In this document: positions 36,396 through 50,296 of the stretch, in pieces
Layout: the number at the start of each line of letters is the position of its first letter
Numbering within the stretch: position 1 is the stretch's first letter
DNA from: Octopus sinensis
Taxonomy: Eukaryota
Length of the DNA: 64,000 nt
Reading direction: 5' to 3'
Assembly (NCBI RefSeq): GCF_006345805.1
Contig: NC_043017.1
Span: 13,144,001 to 13,208,000, forward strand
The notes under the pieces: model-generated
Told to the model about the DNA's origin: nothing
The model's input: only the letters and a program-made list of their open reading frames with translations
Databases searched by the model: none
Position numbers and translations under genes: made by a program

Positions 36396-36802
36396 TACTC
36401 TTACTCTTTAATCTCTTTTACTTGTTTCAGTCATTTGACTGTGGCCATGCTGGAGCACCGCCTTTAATTGAGCAACTTGACCCCGGAACTTATTCTATTA
36501 TAAGCCCAGTACTTATTCTATCGGTCTCTTTTGCCGAACCGCTAAGTGACGGGGACACAAACACACCAGCATCAGTTGTCAAGCAATGCTATGGGAACAA
36601 ACACAAACACACATACATATATAAATATATACATATATACGACGGGCTTCTTTCAGTTTCTGTCTACCAAATCCACTCACAAGGCTTTGGTCGGCCCGAG
36701 GCTATAGCAGAAGACATTTGCCCAAGGTGCCACGCAGTGGGACTGAACCCGGAACCATGTGGTTGGTAGACAGGCTACTTACCACACAGCCACTCCTGCG
36801 CC
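36396..36802 (-). mobile_element. SINE family A
   Basis: Full-length, reverse. Confidence 0.9.
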
Positions 36803-37035
36803 TATGCGCCTTAATATTTTTTTTAAATTGGTAGGAGTAAGCAGTAAGAAAATGATGAAAAGATAAGAAATGAGTAAGTTTTCACACTTAAATATTTGTT
36901 TTGCAAAATTCTTGATGTGAAATCTTATGCTGAAACAAATATTGTTATACTTGGGGATGGTCTATTTTGGTTTTTATTTTTTGTCAAATAACCACACATT
37001 ATATAGTTGTTCTTCACTTCAGCTTTATTATTATT

Positions 37036-37623
37036 AAAGCACCATCCGACCGTGGCCGTTTGCCAGCCTCATCTGGCACCTGTGCCGGTGGCACGTAAAA
37101 AGCACCCACTACATTCACGGAGAGGTTGGCGTTAGGAAGGGCATCCAGCCGTAGAAACATTGCTAGATCAGACTGGGCCTGGCGCAGCCTTCTGGCTTCC
37201 TAGACCCCAGTTGAACTGTCCAACCCATGCTAGCATGGAAAGCGGACGCTAAACGATGATGATGATGATGATGAAATTACGTCACAAGATCACATGACTA
37301 TTGTGTTAGCCTTCAAATTTCTTTGCCTCACATATAACCCTTCCAATGTATGCCAGTATGGAAAACAGGCATAAATTGATGAGGAGTAGGACAACAAAAC
37401 CAAATTTTAAAACAAATTATGTTTGAAAGGGAAAAAAATTTTGCTTTCTTTAAAAATAAAAAATTTCTCACGGAGTGGTTGGCATTAGGAAGGGCATCCA
37501 GCCGTAGAAACATTGCCAGATCAGACTGGGCCTGGCGCAGCCTTCTGGTTTCCCAGACCCCAGTTGAACCGTCCAACCCATGCTAGCATGGAAAGCGGAT
37601 GCTAAATGATGATGACGATGATT
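37036..37623 (+). mobile_element. Two family-C copies (37036-37273, 37467-37623) sharing subfamily variants
   Basis: Both have gggcctggcgcagcc and gccgtagaaac. Confidence 0.88.
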
Positions 37624-37808
37624 ATTACTATTTTAGTGAGCAATGAGTAAATAAAATCCTTTAATTATACATCACTCTTGGGGCCACTAGTGTCCCCTCT
37701 TTAAAAAATGGGCATCCCAATGTTGTAGCACAAGCAATAGTCTCTCAGTTTGGTTCCCGCTACCTTAATGCTTGTCTCTTGTGAAGATATTAAGCCTTTA
37801 CTAGTGAA

Positions 37809-38520
37809 GATGCATGGCTTAGTGGTTAAGGTATTTGGCTCACGATCCTAAGTTCAATTACCAGTGGAGCATTGTGTCCTTCAGCAAGATACTTTATTTC
37901 TCATTACTCCAGTCCACTCAGTAGGCAAGAATATATATATACATATATACCTGGGATCTTTTCGGTTTGAACGGCAGGTTTTTTCTAGCGGTGTCATATG
38001 AAATTGTCACCCATAATTACGACCCTAGTATCGATCTATTGCATTTCAATCTGTTTTAGGGTTTGGGTTAGTTAGAGTTAGGGGGAAGGGTATCTTTTTT
38101 TCTTCACAAATGTAAATAAACCCAATCTGTTTCTTAAACGAGGGACATATTCATACGGCACAGAATGTTTTTACCTCAATAGACGTCAGTGATTGGTTGA
38201 AATTGCAGAAATTGAAGAAAAAAAAAACAACAAATATCTTACAAACCATAGAATTTTCTCAATAAAGCCAAGAGAAAAAGATGTTTTATAAACACATTCT
38301 ACCAGTATACGAAGTCTAAAATTTTTTAGTTATCTAGAAATTATGTTAAAAACTGCCGTTCAAACCGAAAAGATCCAGTACCTGTAATTCAAAGGGCTAG
38401 CCTTTTCAAGGGTACACATGTCTGCAGTGTACTCAACCACCTGCACGTTTATATGACAAGCAGGCTGTTCCACTGACCAAATCAATAGGAACTCTCTTCG
38501 TAACTGACAGAGTTCCAGTA
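37809..38520 (+). mobile_element. Old SINE with E-type head/core and D-type tail, split by a MITE
   Basis: gcatggcttagtggttaagg...gtccttcagcaagatact...[MITE]...tacctgtaattcaaagggctagcc...cgtaactgacagagttccag. Confidence 0.7.
37954..38376. mobile_element. MITE with 24-bp TIR GGATCTTTTCGG..., copy 2, inserted in an old SINE
   Basis: Near-identical to 24982-25391; flanks tatacctg/agtacctg (6/8 match). Confidence 0.88.
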
Positions 38521-38790
38521 ACTAGTGAAGGTGCACCTCAGAGTATAAGGTTTGATGATCTCAGCAAACTACTCTCAGATATCAATCAAACGGGAGCACC
38601 ACAAAGCCTGCACAGCTACCATCTTGATTAAAACCATAGACCATATGTGGACTCCATATGAAACTTAGTTCCGAACCAGAATTGTTATCATTAGCCATCT
38701 TCATACACCTAACCCAATCGACCATGTAAATAAAGTCAGTCTTCATCTATCGGTGAACACTAGAGTTTCCCATAAAGATTTAATGTGAAA

Positions 38791-39160
38791 GGCTGTGTGG
38801 TAAGTAGCTTGCTAACCAACCACATGGTTCCGGGTTCAGTCCCACTGTGTGGCATCTTGGGCAAGTGTCTTCTACTATAGCCCCGGGCCGACCAATGCCT
38901 TGTGAGTGGATTTGGTAGATGGAAACTGAAAGAAGCCTGTCGTATATATGTATGTGTGTGTGTGTATGTGTTTGTCCCCTAGCATTGCTTGACAACCGAT
39001 GCTGGTGTGTTTACGTCCCCGTCACTTAGCGGTTCGGCAAAAGAGACCGATAGAATAAGTACTGGGCTTACAAAGAATAAGTCCTGGAGTCGATTTGCTC
39101 GACTAAAGGCGGTGCTCCAGCATGACCGCAGTCAAATGACTGAAACAAGTAAAAGAGTAA
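38791..39160 (+). mobile_element. SINE family A
   Basis: Slightly 5'-truncated. Confidence 0.88.
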
Positions 39161-39667
39161 GCCTTAAAGTGGTTAACTTGCTAGAAATAACAGCCAAATC
39201 AAATCTATTTCAAAAGACACTACTTTCTTAGAATGCTAGACACAGACATGGCTGTGTGGTAAGAAGTTTGCTTCCAAATCAGTTCCATTGCATGGCACCT
39301 TGGGCTTGTATTTTCTGCTGTAACCCTAAGCTGACCAAAGCCTAGTGCATGGATTTGTTAGATGGAAACTGAAAGAAGCCTGTCGCATCTGTATGTGTCC
39401 CAGTTGACGCATATATATATATTTGGTTTGTTTATATATAGTAACTTAGCAGTTCAGCAAAACGATCAAACAGAATAAGCACCAAACTTAAGTACTGGAG
39501 TCAATTTGTTCAACTAGATAGTGCCCCAGCATGGCCGCGGTCCAATGACTAAAACAAGATACATTAGAAAAATGCCGTTATCATAACCCCATAGAAAAGA
39601 TGAGCAAGGTCACTGTTGGAACACCAGTACGTCAACTAAACCAGATGATCAGAGAGTGAGGGTTTAA

Positions 39668-40004
39668 CCCTCTAGTATTTAAACCTATTTCTTTATTACT
39701 CACAAGGGGCTAAACACAGAGGGGACAAACAAGAACAGACATAGGTATTAAGTCGATTACATTGACCCCAGTGCGTAACTGGTACTTAATTTATCGACCC
39801 TGAAAGGATGAAAGGCAAAGTCGACCTCGGCGGAATTTGTTCAAACTAACCAGATCCAGGCTCTCACACCTACCCTACAATGTTATTCTACATTAAGTAA
39901 TTACACCATCAAGATCTTGAAGATATGAGATAATGCATGATTAATTCAAATTAATGGGAATCAATAGGCATTATGTTTGATTTAATAATCTGAACACTAA
40001 AGGG
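39668..40004. mobile_element. piggyBac-like MITE family 2 with a SINE-B nested at 39683-39838
   Basis: TTAA|ccctctagtattt ... aacactaaaggg|TTAA. Confidence 0.78.
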
Positions 40005-40359
40005 TTAAAAACATCAGAGAGTGAGACTTTAAAAAACATCAACAAATTTTGAATTTCCCACCTTCATTTGCAATTTGAAGAAAAAAAAAATATATATTCC
40101 TAACTTGATTATGACCAAAGCACTCGCTCTAAGAAACGTTTTGGAAACGTCTCAAAAATTTTTCTTGAGTGCAGCCACTAGTTTCTTTCTGATTAGGTGT
40201 GCATGTCTTAGTTTACTAATTTGCTTTGTATTTTTATTCCTCTCAATGTTCTTATTGTTTGCTCTCGTAATTACAGAGATACACATTTAGGTAGTAGAAC
40301 CTAAAAAGAGACCTCTTAAAAGGTTAAAAATGATACCAAATCTTTTCTTTCGTTTAAGC

Positions 40360-40705
40360 ATTAGATGACCCCCTTCGGTCAGACACTGACCATGGGTTTG
40401 CACCTAGAGAGTTACCCTCTGAGGCACAAGTCTGGGCAAGGTTGTTTTTTTTTTTTATGGAAGACCAGCAGTCGCCCATGCATACCGGTCTCCCCTCTGC
40501 ACGTCACCGATGTTGTCCAAGGGAAAGGCAAGAGCCGATATAGCTTGGCACCTGTGACATCGCAACTCAGTTCTACAGCTGAGTGAACTGGAGCAACGTG
40601 AAATAAAGTGTCTTGCTCAAGAACACAACACGCAGCCCAGTCCGGGATTCGAGCTCACAACCTCACGATCGTAAACTCGACGCTCTAACCACTGAGCCAC
40701 GCGTT
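40360..40705 (-). mobile_element. tRNA-derived SINE family E
   Basis: Minus strand cgcgtggctcagtggttagagcg...gagctcgaatccc (A/B boxes), core tgttcttgagcaagacactttatttcacgttgctccag. Confidence 0.82.
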
Positions 40706-41435
40706 TAAGCATTACCATGTATTAATTAGTTTAGGTATCATTATTATTGTTGGCAAGCTGGCAGGATCACTAGCACGCTGGACAAAATGTTTATTAGTAT
40801 TTCATCAGTATTTACGTTCCTAGTTCAAATGGCCCTGAGGTCAACTATGCCTTTCTTCCTTTCGAAGTACCATTCGAACACTGGAATCGATGTAATCGAT
40901 TTACTCCACCCCCGAACTCGCTAGGTTTATGCCAAAACTTGAAATCATGATTATTGGAGGCTAACTGGCAAAAAAAAAAAATGGTATTTCGTCTGTCTTT
41001 ACGTTCTGAGTTCCAGTTCCGCCAAGGTCGACTTTGCCTTTCATCCTTTCAGGGTCAATGAAATACATACAAGTTGAGGGCGGGGGTAAAAAATACGTAC
41101 ACCACCCGTTTTCGGCGCAACAAAATCTATAACCATAAACACCGGGTGTACACATCTTTACTTTCACCCAAGTTGAATACAGGAACGATGTAATCGAATA
41201 GTTGCACTTCCCCAAAAATTTCCAGGCCTTGTGCGTATAGAAGAAAAGGTTATCATCATCATCATTATTATAGTGCTAGTAGCAAAAAAATAAATGATGC
41301 TGTAAGCTGGCAGACTCGTTCTAGCGTCGGAAAAATACCTTGTGCGATATTTGTTCCGACTTTCCGTTTTGAGTTTAAAAATCCCGCCGGGGTCAACCTT
41401 GACTTCCATCTTTTCGATAAAATAAAGTACCAGTA

Positions 41436-41838
41436 GGCGCAGGAGTGGCTGTGTGGTAAGTAGCTTGCTAACCAACCACATGGTTCCGGGTTCAGTCCCA
41501 CTGCGTGGCACCTTGGGCAAGTGTCTTCTGCTATAGCCCCGGGCCGACCAATGCCGTGTGAGTGGATTTGGTAGACGGAAACTGAAAGAAGCCTATCGTA
41601 TATATATGTGTGTGTGTGTGTATGTGTTTGCGTGTCGTTTGTACCCCTAGCATTGCTTGACAACCGATGCTGGTGTGTTTACGTCCTCGTCACTTAGCAG
41701 TTCGGCAAAAGAGACCGATAGAATAAGTACTGGGCTTACAAAGAATAAGTCCCGGGGTCGATTTGCTCGACTAAAGGCGGTGCTCCAGCATGGCCGCAGT
41801 CAAATGACTGAAACATGTAAAAGAGTAAAGAGTAAGAG
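41436..41838 (+). mobile_element. SINE family A inserted after a family-B core
   Basis: Full-length. Confidence 0.9.
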
Positions 41839-42378
41839 AGTTAAATACAAAGGTCGAGGGTGTCGACTAACTACTTTGCCGCTCTTTTGTACCCAATTGT
41901 TACAAATAATATTATTTGCAACACGGTAAACCTTACACGAGTTTTGGGATAGAGAAGTTTCCGATTCACACAATTCGACTTTGTTTCCTCATAACTTGCA
42001 GTAGGAAAAAAAACATTTGTCTTGTTCAACTTTTCTACAGATTCCTTTCTGATTGCATAGATTCCGATTATATCAGAATCTAATATGAAATAATAAAAAT
42101 AAACAATTGGTTAGCGCACATACATACTGACACACATTACATTTTATCAAAATTTCAAATTTCAGTGTGTGTGTGTGTGTGCGCGCTTACTAATAATTTC
42201 TTTCACATTAAATTCCGACATAATTAGTAATCTACACAATCTAAAAATTAATTGTAGAAAATTTTATTCAAAATATCCAATTTCCTGAAAAAGTTATAAG
42301 GAAACAAAGTCGATCAGGTGGGGCACAATTGTGCAGATATACCCACAACAAAATCAGTCGTTAATCAGAAAATATCAG

Positions 42379-42757
42379 AGCGATCTTTCGTCTCTAGTAG
42401 ACCTTTCCGTCGATTTCCGTAAAATTTTTTTTTTTTTTTTTTTTACATATGGGCTTGCGAGAACTTTTGAAGTAATGAGAGCGAAAGAGACTAAGAGAAA
42501 GCGATTGTATGACGAGGGAAGTTCTTTTCAAGTTATCGTGCACACCCCATCAAACACACACACACGTACATCAATGCTTCCCATGCACGGTAACTTCAAA
42601 AGAACTTCCCTCGTCATACAATCGCTTTCTCTTAGTCTCTTTCGCTCTCATTACTTCAAAAGTTCCCGCAAGCCCATAAGTAAAAAGAAAAAAAAAATTT
42701 TTTTACGGAAATCGACGGAAAGGTCTACTAGAGACGAAAGATCGCCAATAGATCACC
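42379..42757. mobile_element. MITE with ~155-bp TIRs (GGCGATCTTTCGTCTCTAGTAGACC...), 8-bp TSD AATATCAG
   Basis: TIR ends at 42746 and is followed by an 11-bp terminal duplication (aatagatcacc); TSD at 42371-42378 and 42758-42765. Confidence 0.8.
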
Positions 42758-43214
42758 AATATCAGTTAAAAACAAGAGAGATTCCAGAATGTTAAAGCGG
42801 CCAGAGTTTGTTAGTGGTGGGTTAGGAACAACGAGTGAGTTGCTAAGGTGTACAGCGAGAAACAACAAACACATGTTCAATGATATTCACTGCTGAATTA
42901 ATGACCAACCACAACCACAGTTAATGCCTATACAGTGATGATACTAGTATTATATTGGGAGGATTCTAATTACGTCATGGATATATTTAAATTCAACAAA
43001 AGAGCTGGGGGGTTTTGTTGTGGATGTCTTGTAATTTTTTTGATGACCCAAAGAGAAGACAGGATAAAAAAAAAGACATCTATTCCAACGTAATAAATGG
43101 TAAATTCTGGGAGCAATAAAGTAAGGCGAGAATTCCAAGCAGTTTTCGTCTATAGAAAATTCTGGGGAAAATAATACATACACACGTGTGTGCGCGTGTG
43201 TGTAAGACCCGCAT

Positions 43215-43248
43215 GTGTATGTATATATATGTGTATGTATATATATAT

Positions 43249-43309
<61 letters not shown>

Positions 43310-43678
43310 TCCTGGTACAAGTACCTATATTCCTTGTATTGTTTGTCTTGTAATCTGTTTTTTCGTTGTTAAAAAAAGTCCGTTTCCTTGTTTGATTTTA
43401 TGTTTTCGTTTCTCGTTGTGTTCTACGTTTATTTGTGATGTCCTGTACTCATATATGCATGTGTATATACATATAGATGTAGGTATGTACATATATGTAT
43501 GTATACATATAATACAAACACCTCTTTATTATATGTATATCTATATATATATACACACATACACACACGTATATAATTTGTGGTGTCCTGTACTCATATA
43601 TGCATGTATATATACACATAGATGTAGGTATGTACATATATGTATGTATGTATGCATATGTTTTATTTATTAAATTGT

Positions 43679-43725
<47 letters not shown>

Positions 43726-43865
43726 GATGTAGGTATGTACATATATGTATGTATGTATGTATGCATATGTTTTATTTATTAAATTGTTACTATATATATA
43801 TTATATATATATATATATATATTCAAACATACATATAATACAAACACCTCTTTATTATATGTATA

Positions 43866-43920
<55 letters not shown>

Positions 43921-43955
43921 ACATACATATAATACAAACACCTCTTTATTATATG

Positions 43956-44005
<50 letters not shown>

Positions 44006-44040
44006 ACACACGTATATAATTTTTACAACAATCTTCTCTA
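43215..44040. repeat. TA-embedded repeat with internal duplications, related to 5030-5300 (opposite strand)
   Basis: tcctgtactcatatatgc / gagtacagga shared; aaacacctctttatta occurs three times. Confidence 0.75.
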
Positions 44041-44381
44041 TTATCATTTATCTACACACACACACATACAGATATAAACATGTGTGTGCACGGGGTAGCT
44101 ATTCGAAAATTCCGCCTGGTTGAATAAACCATTAAGGGCGATACCTGAGGACTCAATCAATCAATATTATCAGTATATTTCACTATTTAAATATAGAAAA
44201 GTCACATCGTCAGTAAATGATCTTTCTCAACAAGTTGACCACAAATACCGTGTGTGTGTGAGTGAAAAAAAAGGAGAATTAAGGCCAAGTGTTAGGATAT
44301 ATGTGAATTTTTTTTTAAAGATAATAACCCACGCCATCCCTACTCGGAGTTTTAGTCTTGCTGTACTTGCAATTTTTACAA

Positions 44382-44419
<38 letters not shown>

Positions 44420-44479
44420 GGTACTTGTATCGCAGAGTACCTATATTAGATGCATAGATATATTTACACAAACACACAC

Positions 44480-44511
<32 letters not shown>

Positions 44512-44639
44512 TTTTATACACACGCGCAAAAAAAGGAGGGCAAACAAGTATTGTTACAAACAGCAGTCTTTTAAAAGGTAATAAGAACTTAAAAGAAATT
44601 ATCTAAAAATACGTTATCAGTTCAAATACTTCAAATAAC

Positions 44640-44711
44640 AGGTATATATATATATATATACATACATATATATTAGTTGAGAGAAAAGACTATACATAGA
44701 TGTATATCATA

Positions 44712-44752
<41 letters not shown>

Positions 44753-45402
44753 CATATATTAGTTGAGAGAAAAGACTATACATAGATGTATATTATACAT
44801 TATATACATATATATATATACATACATATTAGTTGAGAGAAAAGACTATACATAGATGTATATTATACATTATATATATCTATATACATACATATATATT
44901 AGTTGAGAGAAAAGGCTATACATAGATGTATATTATACATATATATATATATATATATACATACATATTAGTTGAGAGAAAAGACTATACATAGATGTAT
45001 ATTATACATTATATATATCTATATACATACATATCTATTAGTTGAGAGAAAAGGCTATACATAGATGTATATTATACATTATATACATGTATATATATAT
45101 ATATATATACATACATATTAGTTGAGAGAAAAGACTATACATAGATGTATATATACATTATATACATGTATATATATATATATATACATACATACATATA
45201 TTAGTTGAGAGAAAAGACTATACATAGATATATATATACATTATATACATGTATATATATATATACATACATATTAGTTGAGAGAAAAGACTATACATAG
45301 ATGTATATTATACATTATATATATATATATATATATATATACATACATATATATTAGTTGAGAGAAAAGACTATACATAGATGTATATATATATATATAT
45401 AT
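44640..45402. repeat. Compound minisatellite, 10 copies of TTAGTTGAGAGAAAAGACTATACATAGATG separated by (TA)n
   Basis: Period ~69-87 bp. Confidence 0.92.
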
Positions 45403-45764
45403 AAGTATTATTATATATATCTTCGTTCCACTTCATTGATTACGCTATAAAGGTCGAAGTTCTTAGATTTAAACAAAAATAATAATAAAATTCAAGGAAT
45501 TCGACACTTATTTCTTCACATCGATTATTCCAAGATTATATTTTTACTGAAAGAACTGAAAGAAAAATAATAATAATTTTACTTTAAAATATAAAAAAAC
45601 TGGTTACTTACCAAATATCAATGTTTTAATAATTACACCACATGGGTGAAATAAATCATTCACAAAGCATACTTCGATGAGAGATGAAGAAGCTCACTTG
45701 TGAATGAGCCATAAATATAGTTTTAATAAAATAAGTCAAAGCTCCATTTTCGTCAAGTGCGCTC

Positions 45765-46445
45765 TACCTTTTCTTTCTTTCTCTCTCTCTCTCTCTTTCC
45801 ATCGCCCATTCTATCTATCTTTCTTTATTTCCCTCTATTTCTCTATTTACCTCCCTTTATTCCCATTCTTTCTTTTCTCACTCTATCTTTCTCTTTACTT
45901 TTCTCTCTATTTATCTCCTTGTGTCTATTTCTTTCTCGCTCTCTCATTTATTCTCCTTCTCCCTATTTCTTTCTGTCTTTCTCTCTCTCTTTCTTTCGCC
46001 CATTCTATCTATCTTTCTTTATTTCCCTCTATTTCTCTATTTACCTCCCTTTATTCCCCTTCCTTCTTTTCTCACTCTATCTGCCTCTTTAATTATCTCT
46101 CTATTTATCTCCCTTTTCTCTATTTCTTACTCTCTCTGTTTCTTTCTCGCTCTCTCATTTCTTATTCTCCTCCCTATTTCTTTCTGTCTCTCTCTCTCTT
46201 TCCTTCGCCCATTCTATCTAACTTTCTTTATTTCCCTCTATTTCTCTATTTACCTCCCTTTATTCCCCTTCCTTCTTTTCTCACTCTATCTTTCTCTTAA
46301 ATTTTCTCTCTATTTATCTCCTTTTGCCTATTTCTTACCCTCTCTATTTCTTTCTCGCTCTCTCATTTCTTATTCTCCTTCTCCCCTATTTCTTTCTGTG
46401 TCACTCTGATTCTCTCTTTCTATTTTCTCTCTCTTTATTTTCCTT
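45765..46445. repeat. Polypyrimidine tract built from ~200-bp tandem units (~3.3 copies)
   Basis: cgcccattcta at 45803, 45997 and 46206. Confidence 0.88.
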
Positions 46446-46750
46446 ACACCCGCTCAACTGGCAACAGTTACCTCCCTTACTATATAACTCTCTGACATTC
46501 ATGCTTTGACTTTACTCCCCCCCCTCTTTTTTCTGAGAATTACCATTTTCATCTTTGGAACCGTTGTTGTAATATAAAATTGATCACCTCAGTATATAAC
46601 TGGTATTTCATTTTACAAACCCCGAAAGTTGAACTCGGAATGATAATTTGAACATAATTAAATCTAAATTACCATATCGCAAGGCATCTCGGCTTTATGA
46701 AAACAGAGCGGGACAGTCTTGTAATATTGTAGTGTTTTCGTGTTTTTTTG

Positions 46751-47173
46751 GGCAATCTTTCGTCTCTAGTAGACCTTTCCGTAGATTTCCGTAAAAAATT
46801 TTTTTTTTTTTTTTACATATGGGCTTGCAGGAACTTTTGAAGTAATGAGAGCGAAAGAGACTAAGAGAAAGCGATTGTATGACGAGGGAAGTTCTTTTCA
46901 AGTTACCATGCATGGGAAGCATTGATGTACATGTGTGTGTTTGTTTTTAATGGGGTGTGGGAGACAGACAGTATGTTGTGTAAGTGAAGTGCTTCTGTTA
47001 GTGTGTGTGAAGAGATAGAGTAATGTGTGAAAGAAAGAGATAACTGAAATTTTTTACTCGGTGTATGTGTATATGTATGTATATTGCTTCAAAAGTTCCC
47101 GCAAGCCCATATGTAAAAAAAAAAATTTTTTACGGAAATCGACGGAAAGGTCTACTAGAGACGAAAGATCGCC
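46751..47173. mobile_element. Second copy of the GGCGATC MITE, 8-bp TSD TTTTTTTG
   Basis: ggcaatctttcgtctctagtagacc ... ggtctactagagacgaaagatcgcc; the TSD is low-complexity; the right arm is internally deleted. Confidence 0.82.
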
Positions 47174-48086
47174 TTTTTTTGTCCTTAATTGTAATTGCTT
47201 TTGTTGCTTTGGTCCCTAGTGACCATTAATCAAAGTGATGTATAATGAAAAGCGTTCCAGCTGTAACCATCACGTTGTTCTTTTCAGACAGTGTATTTAG
47301 GACTTGGGGGGGGGATAAAGACAATGAACCGCACTCCCTTTGGGTTCTTTTTTGGTGGGGTCACAGGAACCTACTATATCGAGCGTGGAGATTCCGAATC
47401 TGCAAAAGAATCTGAATTTCCAAATTTTTATTCCACCTCCACCCCCAAATTCTTAAATTTTCACTTGGAATTTTTTTTTTTTTTTTTGTGAAATACACAG
47501 AAAAATTCGGAGATTATGATGCTGAAAAAAAAATTTTGTAAAATTCAATTTTTCAAAAGAAAAATAAATAAATAAACTCCACCCTATGACAAGAAGTGAA
47601 ATTAATGTGTTATCTCTACTCCTGTTTCGTGCATGCATAGAATTATGAAATAGCAGACGCAAAAAATATCTGAACAAAAACCTGACATGCTAGTAACACG
47701 TTTTCAAAATTTTAATACGAACTACCAAAGAAAAAAGGTGAAAATTTAAATCTGTCCCAACCAGAAATCTGCCAAACTACAAAGTTATGGGAATATAAAT
47801 ACACCAGTGCCAGTTGCCAAGCAGTGGCAGAGTGGCAAACAGACACAATCACACACACATATATACACAATGGGCTTCTTTCAGTTTTCATCTACCAGAT
47901 ACACTCACAAGGCTTTGGTTGGCTCAAGGCTATAGTAGAAGACGCTTGCTCAAGGTGTCATGCAGTGGGACTGAACCCAAAACCATGTAGTTGGGAAGCA
48001 AACTTCTTACCACACAGCCACACCTGCGCTTCAGTCCACTCCTCGCCCAAGATTTTTACTGCAGTCATAGACCTGCAGGTATTACA

Positions 48087-48317
48087 TATTTCTTTACGAC
48101 CCACAAGGGGCTAAACACAGAGAGGACAAACAAGGACATACAAAGGGAATTAAGTCGATTATATCGACCCCAGTGCGTAACTGGTACTTAATTTATCGAC
48201 CCCAAAAGGATGAAAGGCAAAGTCGACCTCGGCGGAATTTGAACTCAGAACAGAGCGGCAGATGAAATACTGTTAGGCATTTCGCCCAGCGTGCTAACGT
48301 TTCTGCCAGCTCGCCGC
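48087..48317 (-). mobile_element. SINE family B with a perfect 15-bp TSD
   Basis: CCTGCAGGTATTACA at 48072-48086 and 48318-48332. Confidence 0.93.
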
Positions 48318-49190
48318 CCTGCAGGTATTACAGCCATCAGTTATATCAGTTTCACCAGCCTGGAAAGTCCTGCAAATATCACAGACATATTTGCTTCATT
48401 TCTCATTAATCTCGCTTCTCCAAGTAGTTGCTTGTAAGATGTGTTTCTTCACTCTGCACCAAGAATCTGACCTTCATTAGTTTTGGTAGGTCCTCAGTTC
48501 CATGCTGTGTGCCTCTGCATATAACATCAATGTAGTTGAGTGGGTTTTCACCCTCTACTAGGGAATAGAAATTTCCAAAATATAACATCTGATATGACCT
48601 TTCATATCACATTCTAGTGTCTTGAAACAAACAGCAAGAAACATTGGGTAATGTAGTTCTAGAAAAAGAAAAAAAAGACAGAATGGTTATGACCAGAATT
48701 TCTTTATTCATAAGTCTGCTCAATCAAGGCTGAATTGGGGCTAAAGAACAAACACCTACTTTACAAGTCTATGAAGAAAACTCTAAGTGGTTGCTCAACC
48801 CACTAGAAATAGTGCTCAAATCTCCCTAAAACCACATCTGCTAAAATGACAAAACCAGTAGCATAACTGGGGAAGGAGCAGTCCACCCCAGTCAATGATT
48901 TTATGGGACAGCACTTTTGGGTCTACTGTATAAGCCTATATATATAAAGCAGGGGAACAGTAGGCTCAAGGGCAATCACAGGTGGCACAAACTCAAGCTA
49001 CACCACTGGATAAAATGGTTACAAGATATGATCTCAGATTCACTGAAAAATGAGATAATCAGGCTGCAGTACCTTTAATTACAAATTTGCTTGATCATAG
49101 TTGATTAGGAACTAAAAAGATAACAGGGGTAATCATCTTTTTTTTTTATGTTCCACATACCAGCTTTAATAAGGACATATTTTATTATCC

Positions 49191-49592
49191 TACTCTTTTA
49201 CTTGTTTCAGTCATTTGACTGCGGCCATGCTGGAGCACCGCCTTTAGTCGAGCAAATTGACCCCGGGACTTATTCTTTGTAAGCCCTGTACTTATTCTAT
49301 CGGTCTCTTTTGCCGAACCGCTAAGTGACGGGGACATACACACACCAGCATCGGTTGTCAAGCAATGCTAGGGGGACAAACACAGACACACAAACACACA
49401 CACGCACACACATACATATATATATACATATATACAACAGGCTTCTTTCAGTTTCTGTCTACCAAATCCACTCACAAGGCATTGGTCGGCCTGAGGCTAT
49501 AGCAGAAGACACTTGCCCAAGATGCCAAGCAGTGGGACTGAACCCGGAACCATGTGGTTGGCAAGCAAGCTACTTACCACACAGCCACTCCT
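49191..49592 (-). mobile_element. SINE family A
   Basis: Reverse copy. Confidence 0.88.
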
Positions 49593-49687
49593 TTCAAAAT
49601 TAATTGAAACAAAGGAACATTGTATCATAGAACCAAAGATAGTTTCATGTGGGTTCGTATTAAAATGTTTAATAGCAGAGAACTATT

Positions 49688-49917
49688 TATTTCTTTATTG
49701 CCCACAGTGGGCTAAACATAGAGGGGACAAACAAGGACAGACAAAGGGATTAGGTCAATTACATCGACCAGTGCATAACTGGTACTTATTTAATCAACCC
49801 TGAAAAGATGAAATGCAAAGTCAACCTCAGTGGAATTTGAACTCAGAATGTAATGGCAGATGAAATACTGCTAAGCATTTCACCCAGTGTGCTAACCATT
49901 CTGCCAGCTCGCTGCCC
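49688..49917 (-). mobile_element. SINE family B, older, ~16-bp degenerate TSD
   Basis: atagcagagaactatt / atagcagggaaatatt. Confidence 0.85.
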
Positions 49918-50296
49918 TGATAGCAGGGAAATATTGACAGAAAAAGAAATTACTTCTCAGATTTCAATTGATCGGATTTTAACTCAATAGAAGCTGTCAT
50001 AAATCAATGCCAACCAGAACAACTGACCTATATAGATGAACCAGTTGTATTTATAAGCCTGAACCTAGATATACTGACTGACAAGGCTTGCCTCAAACCA
50101 GCTGCTGTCACATCAGTGACCAGATTGCTGTTGGTGCAACAAAACTTTTGTCACCATATACTAAATGTTCAAGTGAAGTTAACAGTCTTTGTGGGCTTAT
50201 AACCGATTAATGTGTGTTGTCAATGCTGTAACTGTTTCAGTTCCAACACATGGTCTCACTTGCTAGACAAGCACATTTCTGAAATTTGAATTTATA

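Noticed and set aside
45704-46409. F/L/S-rich ORFs resembling membrane proteins
   Set aside because: Produced by the CT-rich tandem repeat.
48406-48588. 60-aa minus-strand ORF as an exon or LINE fragment
   Set aside because: No diagnostic motif; the length is within chance expectation.
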